Source: Bugula neritina | Taxonomy: Eukaryota > Animalia > Bryozoa | DNA length: 64,000 bases | Reading direction: 5' to 3' | NCBI GenBank assembly: GCA_964035545.1 | Contig: OZ037765.1 | Span: 9,744,698 to 9,808,697, forward strand | Shown here: one piece after another, positions 58,979 to 64,000 of the stretch | Numbering within the stretch: the stretch's first letter is position 1 | Layout: each line of letters starts with the position of its first letter | Position numbers and translations under genes: made by a program | Notes under the pieces: generated by a model | What the model saw: the letters and a program-made list of their open reading frames with translations, nothing else | What the model was told of the DNA's origin: nothing | Database searches by the model: none

Positions 58979-61230
58979 TTAGAAAAATCTTGTGATGAGC
59001 AGAGAAATGAAAGTGAGGACATTGAAGATTTGGAATGTTTCTGCGCTATTAAGATAGCCTTCTGGACTGTAATTGGTATCATACAAAGTCAGGGTTCTGC
59101 TTCCAAGAAGTTGAACCTCTCTGAAGAAGTCTACTCCATAGGTGTCATCATCTTGAGTTCTTATCATTTCCATCTAAAACCAAATACAACCCTCTTTGCT
59201 TAATACTGTTAAAAGTCAAAGGCAATTCGAGAGCTAAAATACACTGTATTTGCAAAATATGCATATAAGCTGTAATCATCTTGAGTTCTTATTATTTCCA
59301 TCTAAAGTTACAGAGTCTTTTGCTTAACACAATTGAAGCTACTCAACTAGAAGAAATTTTGAGAGAATAAATACAGTATATTTGTAAGTATGGATGTTTG
59401 GTAGTCATAGTTGTTTACCTGCTCAGCAGAAATGCCTATGGGTTCAGTGAAAACAGTCCATAATACAATTTCTTGACATCCGGGAGTTGTCAGTCCACCA
59501 AAGTAACGATAATAACTGCTTTTAAGAGCTGATGATACAAAATCCGTAACTTTAACTTTCACTCCGGATTCTAAATGATAATAAGGTAGTAAGTACACAA
59601 GCTTGGCTTCAATGTAATACACAAGAGAACTGTTGAAATTTCGATATATGCAACTATACTAACTTTATGATATTATATTGTGGAGTGAAATGCGCGTGAT
59701 CATTTAATAACATCAATATATACTCTCAATTATAGGTGGAGTAACAGCACATAGAAAATAAAAAACGCTAGTTTATATTCAATTATAAATTTAAAATTCA
59801 CTAGATTAAGGATGCATGTCTCCTATACTTTGGAATGTTGGTCTACTTTTCAAAAAGCTATGTAGTGCTAGTAGAGTACACTAAAATTTTCAACATAGAC
59901 CTACCCTGGTAGTTGGTCTCATTTCTTACAGCTTTTACAGCCTCAATTAAGTCATCCAAAGCAGTATTGTTTTCTTCTTGGAGCTAAAATAAATTGATCA
60001 AATGCAAAATGATTATAATCTTAATAAGCAAGAAATATTAAAATATTTTAATATATTCTGCCCACATGCACCAATATTTGTTGGTAGAAAATGTTGTGTT
60101 ATGCTACTGTTTAAAATCTGAATTTCATATAGCTGTAAATCAAAAATTCCGGCAATCAAGATGAATGCATTATCATATATTATACTCTTATTATATATGA
60201 ACTGTGCAAAAAACATTACTGAGATGCACTTGGCAATTTTAAATTATTTTCTAAGCAATCAATATAAATGGTATTAACCAGCTTATAATTAATAAATATC
60301 ATCGACAAACCTCAAAGAAAAATCCGAGAGCTGCAAAAGCATCACTGTTCTGTGAAGAAACTGCCTCCTGCACTGTGTTAAATTCAGAATTTTTATGGAC
60401 GAAATGAAGCTGTAAATACAACACCAAAAAGTTACAAAATACAGCCAAGAATTAGTACTGTTTTTATTATCGATAAATCTTAAAGTACAGTGCGACATTT
60501 GAGAATGTTCTCACCTCCATCGGATAGGAATTTCCATCAACAAGATGCTCACTGCCTTTTCTGTTGTTGGATCCCCAGTGCAGGTGGAATTGCACCACCT
60601 CATATTTTGACCCTAATGCCCCTCCTTCAGTTGTCATGGTTCCTTCATTTTCCAGGCTAAACTTCACTATGTAAACGAACACATAAAATATAATATTGCA
60701 TATAGCATAATAGAATAATACATATAATTATATTGCCTAAACCAATAATCCAATCAATATTTTATGATAGTTTTTCTTTGCATAATTCACACAAACATTT
60801 GATTTAAAGTAAGACAACTCCAATTTTATGTGATATAATTTACTTACCTGTGTAGTGATTGTTGAGTACTGTCCAGTCATTGGATTTGTCCCAGTTAGTC
60901 AAGTCCCAGCTCACTGCCTCTTCACCATACAGTTCATCTTTACTTGTAGGCAAATCGATTGGGGAATTTTTTTTCCCTCCGCAGTCTTCGAAATGCGTGC
61001 TCCATGCATCCGGTCCTGCATAATAAATTTAAATAGTAGCCACAAGATGCACATTATGTCAAAAACAGCAAGTCATTATAACATGACAAGGGGAAAAATA
61101 GAAAAAGATATGAATATTATAGTGTTATACATTGTGTATAAAACTATTCAGTATGAAAACTATCATGTGTATATATTAATGTTATAATTATACTAACCTT
61201 TACTTTTGTCGCTAATCACATAGTTCCATG
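58979..61230 (-). CDS. Alpha-carbonic anhydrase paralog (CA-B); exon 1 not found in window
   Basis: Exons 61230-61198, 61015-60848, 60666-60515, 60409-60311, 59983-59905, 59570-59419, 59173-58979, in frame. Zn-binding His residues intact, GPI-like tail. Confidence 0.88.
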
Positions 61231-61279
61231 CTAAAAAATAAACAAAAACCTTAAACTTAAAATTTATTTGATGAAAAAC

Positions 61280-63200
61280 AATAACTTTTTCAATTCAAAA
61301 TATCCGGCTTCAAATGTTTGAAATGTAGCTAACACTCGACACAGTTAGAGAAAAGAAATTGGAAGAAAGAAACTCTCCAACTATTTCGAGACAAAACCCT
61401 GACTTCTGACTTTCAACTTATCAGTTTTCGCCAAGACGAGAAGTACGAAATACTCTGGAGTGTCAAGAATTCAAATGGGTTATCATTTGCAAATAAGCAT
61501 TTTACTTAAAGCTGCACTGACAATGATGTTGATTTAGCTCTAAAAGTTTTGGCTGAAAACTCCATAAATTCTTTCAACTTTTGTTCAAATAGCAGTTGTT
61601 TATAAATATGAATAATTTCAGTTGATTGGTGTTATTAGTTACAAATGCAGCAAGTGTGAGAACATGATATTTCAACAACAGGGTGGTGGTTAAAGTGGCC
61701 CTCAACTTCGGGCTATGACAGCTGGTATAATTATTACTGTCAACCACTCTTCAATTCAAAACGATTCTCTGTTTATCAGAACAGTAACTAATTTAGACAT
61801 TGTTTGGCTCACATGAAAAATATTCATGTAAATAATACACTTCAAGTTCTCATCTTAGTTCTAAAAATAGCCCAATATGGAAAGCTGAGGTTTGACAGGC
61901 AATCATGAAGGGAACCACCCTTTTTATAACTTCCACTACCAGACCTTTTGCCCTCCCAATTCTAAATATTTATAGGTTATAACGTGCTTATATAGAAATC
62001 CGAATTCCATGTTATCTTTCAGCAAACTATAACAGAGTTGGACTGCAGTCATGGCTAGTTTATAGGACAAAGTCTATATAGGAATGTTTTAAATCAAATC
62101 TAAGCCTAGCCAAAAATAGATGTTACTTGAGTTGACATGAATTTGCTTCATTCTACTTGTAAGTCTTTGCAAATCAGCACATGTCTTTATAATGTTCATT
62201 TGAATATTTACATAAATTTAATTAAGAAAATTGGCAAGTGGTTATACACTCAAAAAGAATAAATTAGTAGCTATAGCTGCATTAAATTCATATTTACTTA
62301 TAAATATTAAAATAGATGTTTCAATTCGAAATCACTTAATAATAGATTACAATAGTACAGGATAACTGGTTGTACTTTGGATATTTTTAGCTGAGATGCT
62401 ATTCAAGTTATTCAAGTTTTGATATTAAGTCAAGGTCAAATGAGATATGGTATCTGCTTTCAGATTTTGAATTGCCTAATATTTAGAAACCTGCAGTAAA
62501 TTAGCTGATGCCAATGACCTTGATAGGTAATTGCTTAGGTCAAGTAGTGAAGTTAATGAAACTCACTGGCCTATAGCTTTTACTTTTCAATTTAATGGAA
62601 CTACACACATCATTTTAGTTGAAGAAGGAATCAAATAAAAATTCTATCTTATCATTTCATCATCAGTCATTGCATATTGTTTTACACAACAAGTTAATTA
62701 ATAAGGAAGCAGCTGCAAAGAATAAGCCTGCATTATTGACATTCAATAGAGTAGAAATAACCCTCAAATCATGATATATTATGTCATTACAGTAAGGCTT
62801 TCGCAACCTAATTTGTTAAATGTTGAGGATATGAAGCTAGCTAAAAATATGCCCAGTTGATTGAGGAACTCTTGACAGATACTGATGGCATACCAGGAAA
62901 ATTGGGAGGACTTCTGATTGTAATTCTATTGAGTTGAACTAAAATGGTTTGGGTGGAAATATTTGAAAACGTTTTCTCTTTGGAATTGCTTACCACCAGC
63001 ACTTTTGAGCATTAGCATTCTGACTTCTATCAACAAGTGATTAATTATGAACTTATAATTATTCGATCAACAGTGAATAATTATATATGGGAGAAACAAT
63101 GGAGAAGAAAGGTGTGGACATTTAAAAGATGAAAGAAATATTCATCCTAAATTGCTAATGAAGGGTGGGGATGGGAAGGTATGAGTAAGAAAAATCACGA
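61280..63200 (-). mobile_element. Possible highly decayed non-LTR (CR1/L2-like) element upstream of CA-B exon 2
   Basis: Only faint motif remnants in broken frames (KKGG..D near 61900; endonuclease-like remnants near 62750-63000). Confidence 0.3.
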
Positions 63201-64000
63201 ATTCATGATTAATTATGGGTTGTCTTCTGTTTGTAAGACACTGACTGTTACAAAACAATATAGAGTCTCTATAGAAACTCGTTGCCATAGTTACCAATTC
63301 TGGCAGTTTTACCAGCTAACATATAAAACAAGAATTAGTAGAAATGCGCTTTTTGCAGGTTTGATGATAGGCAATTAAAATACTAACACAAGATAATCTT
63401 GAGCTTTATACTGGACCACTTTAGCATGATGTAAGTAATGGCCAAGATATATTATGAGTTGTAATAACATTGAGAGCTAGTATGGCTCATAACGTATTAT
63501 AGCTCATAATAATATATTACTGTTCATATTATATTAGAGCTCATAATGTAGTATCAGAACAGTAATACAAACAGAGACATATATCAATATGACTCTGTGC
63601 AATGAACTGTGAATGGTGATATCCAAAAACTTTGACCTAGCAACATTAATAAAGTGCAGACTATGCTATTCTGGTCTGACTCTTGCCGTATCTCACAACT
63701 TTGTGCCAATTTGAGCTGTCAGTTAAAGTTGAATTAAGTTTCAGGGCAAGACTGGCATTTGATAAACTCGCTATATTGAGTCTGAACTATTTCAACACAA
63801 TGGTTACAATAGAGCAGTCAATCAATGTCATCTCTATAGCAAGCCTTATATAGCCTATAATTATATTCATAAACTTGTAACGATATCTGCTTGACACTAG
63901 ATGTATCGAACTTTCTGTGGTCATTTCTAATTTAGAATGATCACTTTTTCATGTGCAAACTACCCCTACAGCGTTTATTCAGCTTTATGATTGGTCTTTA

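Larger units (their letters stand above)
58190..61240. repeat. Tandem segmental duplicate of about 49560-52420
   Basis: Collinear similarity covering the mucin last intron end and last exon, the intergenic spacer, and CA exons 2-8 with their introns. Boundaries are approximate. Confidence 0.9.

Overview
AT-rich, intron-containing animal DNA, probably an invertebrate; the species cannot be determined from sequence alone. From left to right: (1) two related, recently inserted, GC-rich Ty3/Gypsy LTR retrotransposons lying head-to-head 113 bp apart (element A, minus strand, 2351-9206; element B, plus strand, 9320-16613). Both have an ATAT target-site duplication, a tRNA-Leu primer-binding site and a -1 frameshift signal. 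Element A lacks the integrase core and the Gag CCHC knuckle, but carries an intact extra ORF (C2H2/C2HC zinc fingers, PxVxL motif, coiled coil) in the env position. (2) Three tandem sigma-class-like GST genes on the minus strand, two of which splice an exon encoding a signal peptide plus ShKT domain in frame onto the GST, predicting secreted ShKT-GST fusions. (3) A 13-exon PMS1 gene. (4) A Thr-rich mucin-like type I membrane protein with an FxNPxY tail. (5) Two tandem GPI-anchored alpha-carbonic anhydrase genes; their duplication also copied the mucin's last exon. Decayed Gypsy/LINE/SINE fragments and microsatellites are scattered through the rest. The best candidates for an undescribed system are the secreted ShKT-GST fusions and the zinc-finger accessory ORF of element A. 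All exon structures were assembled by eye from GT-AG sites and reading frame; no database searches were run.
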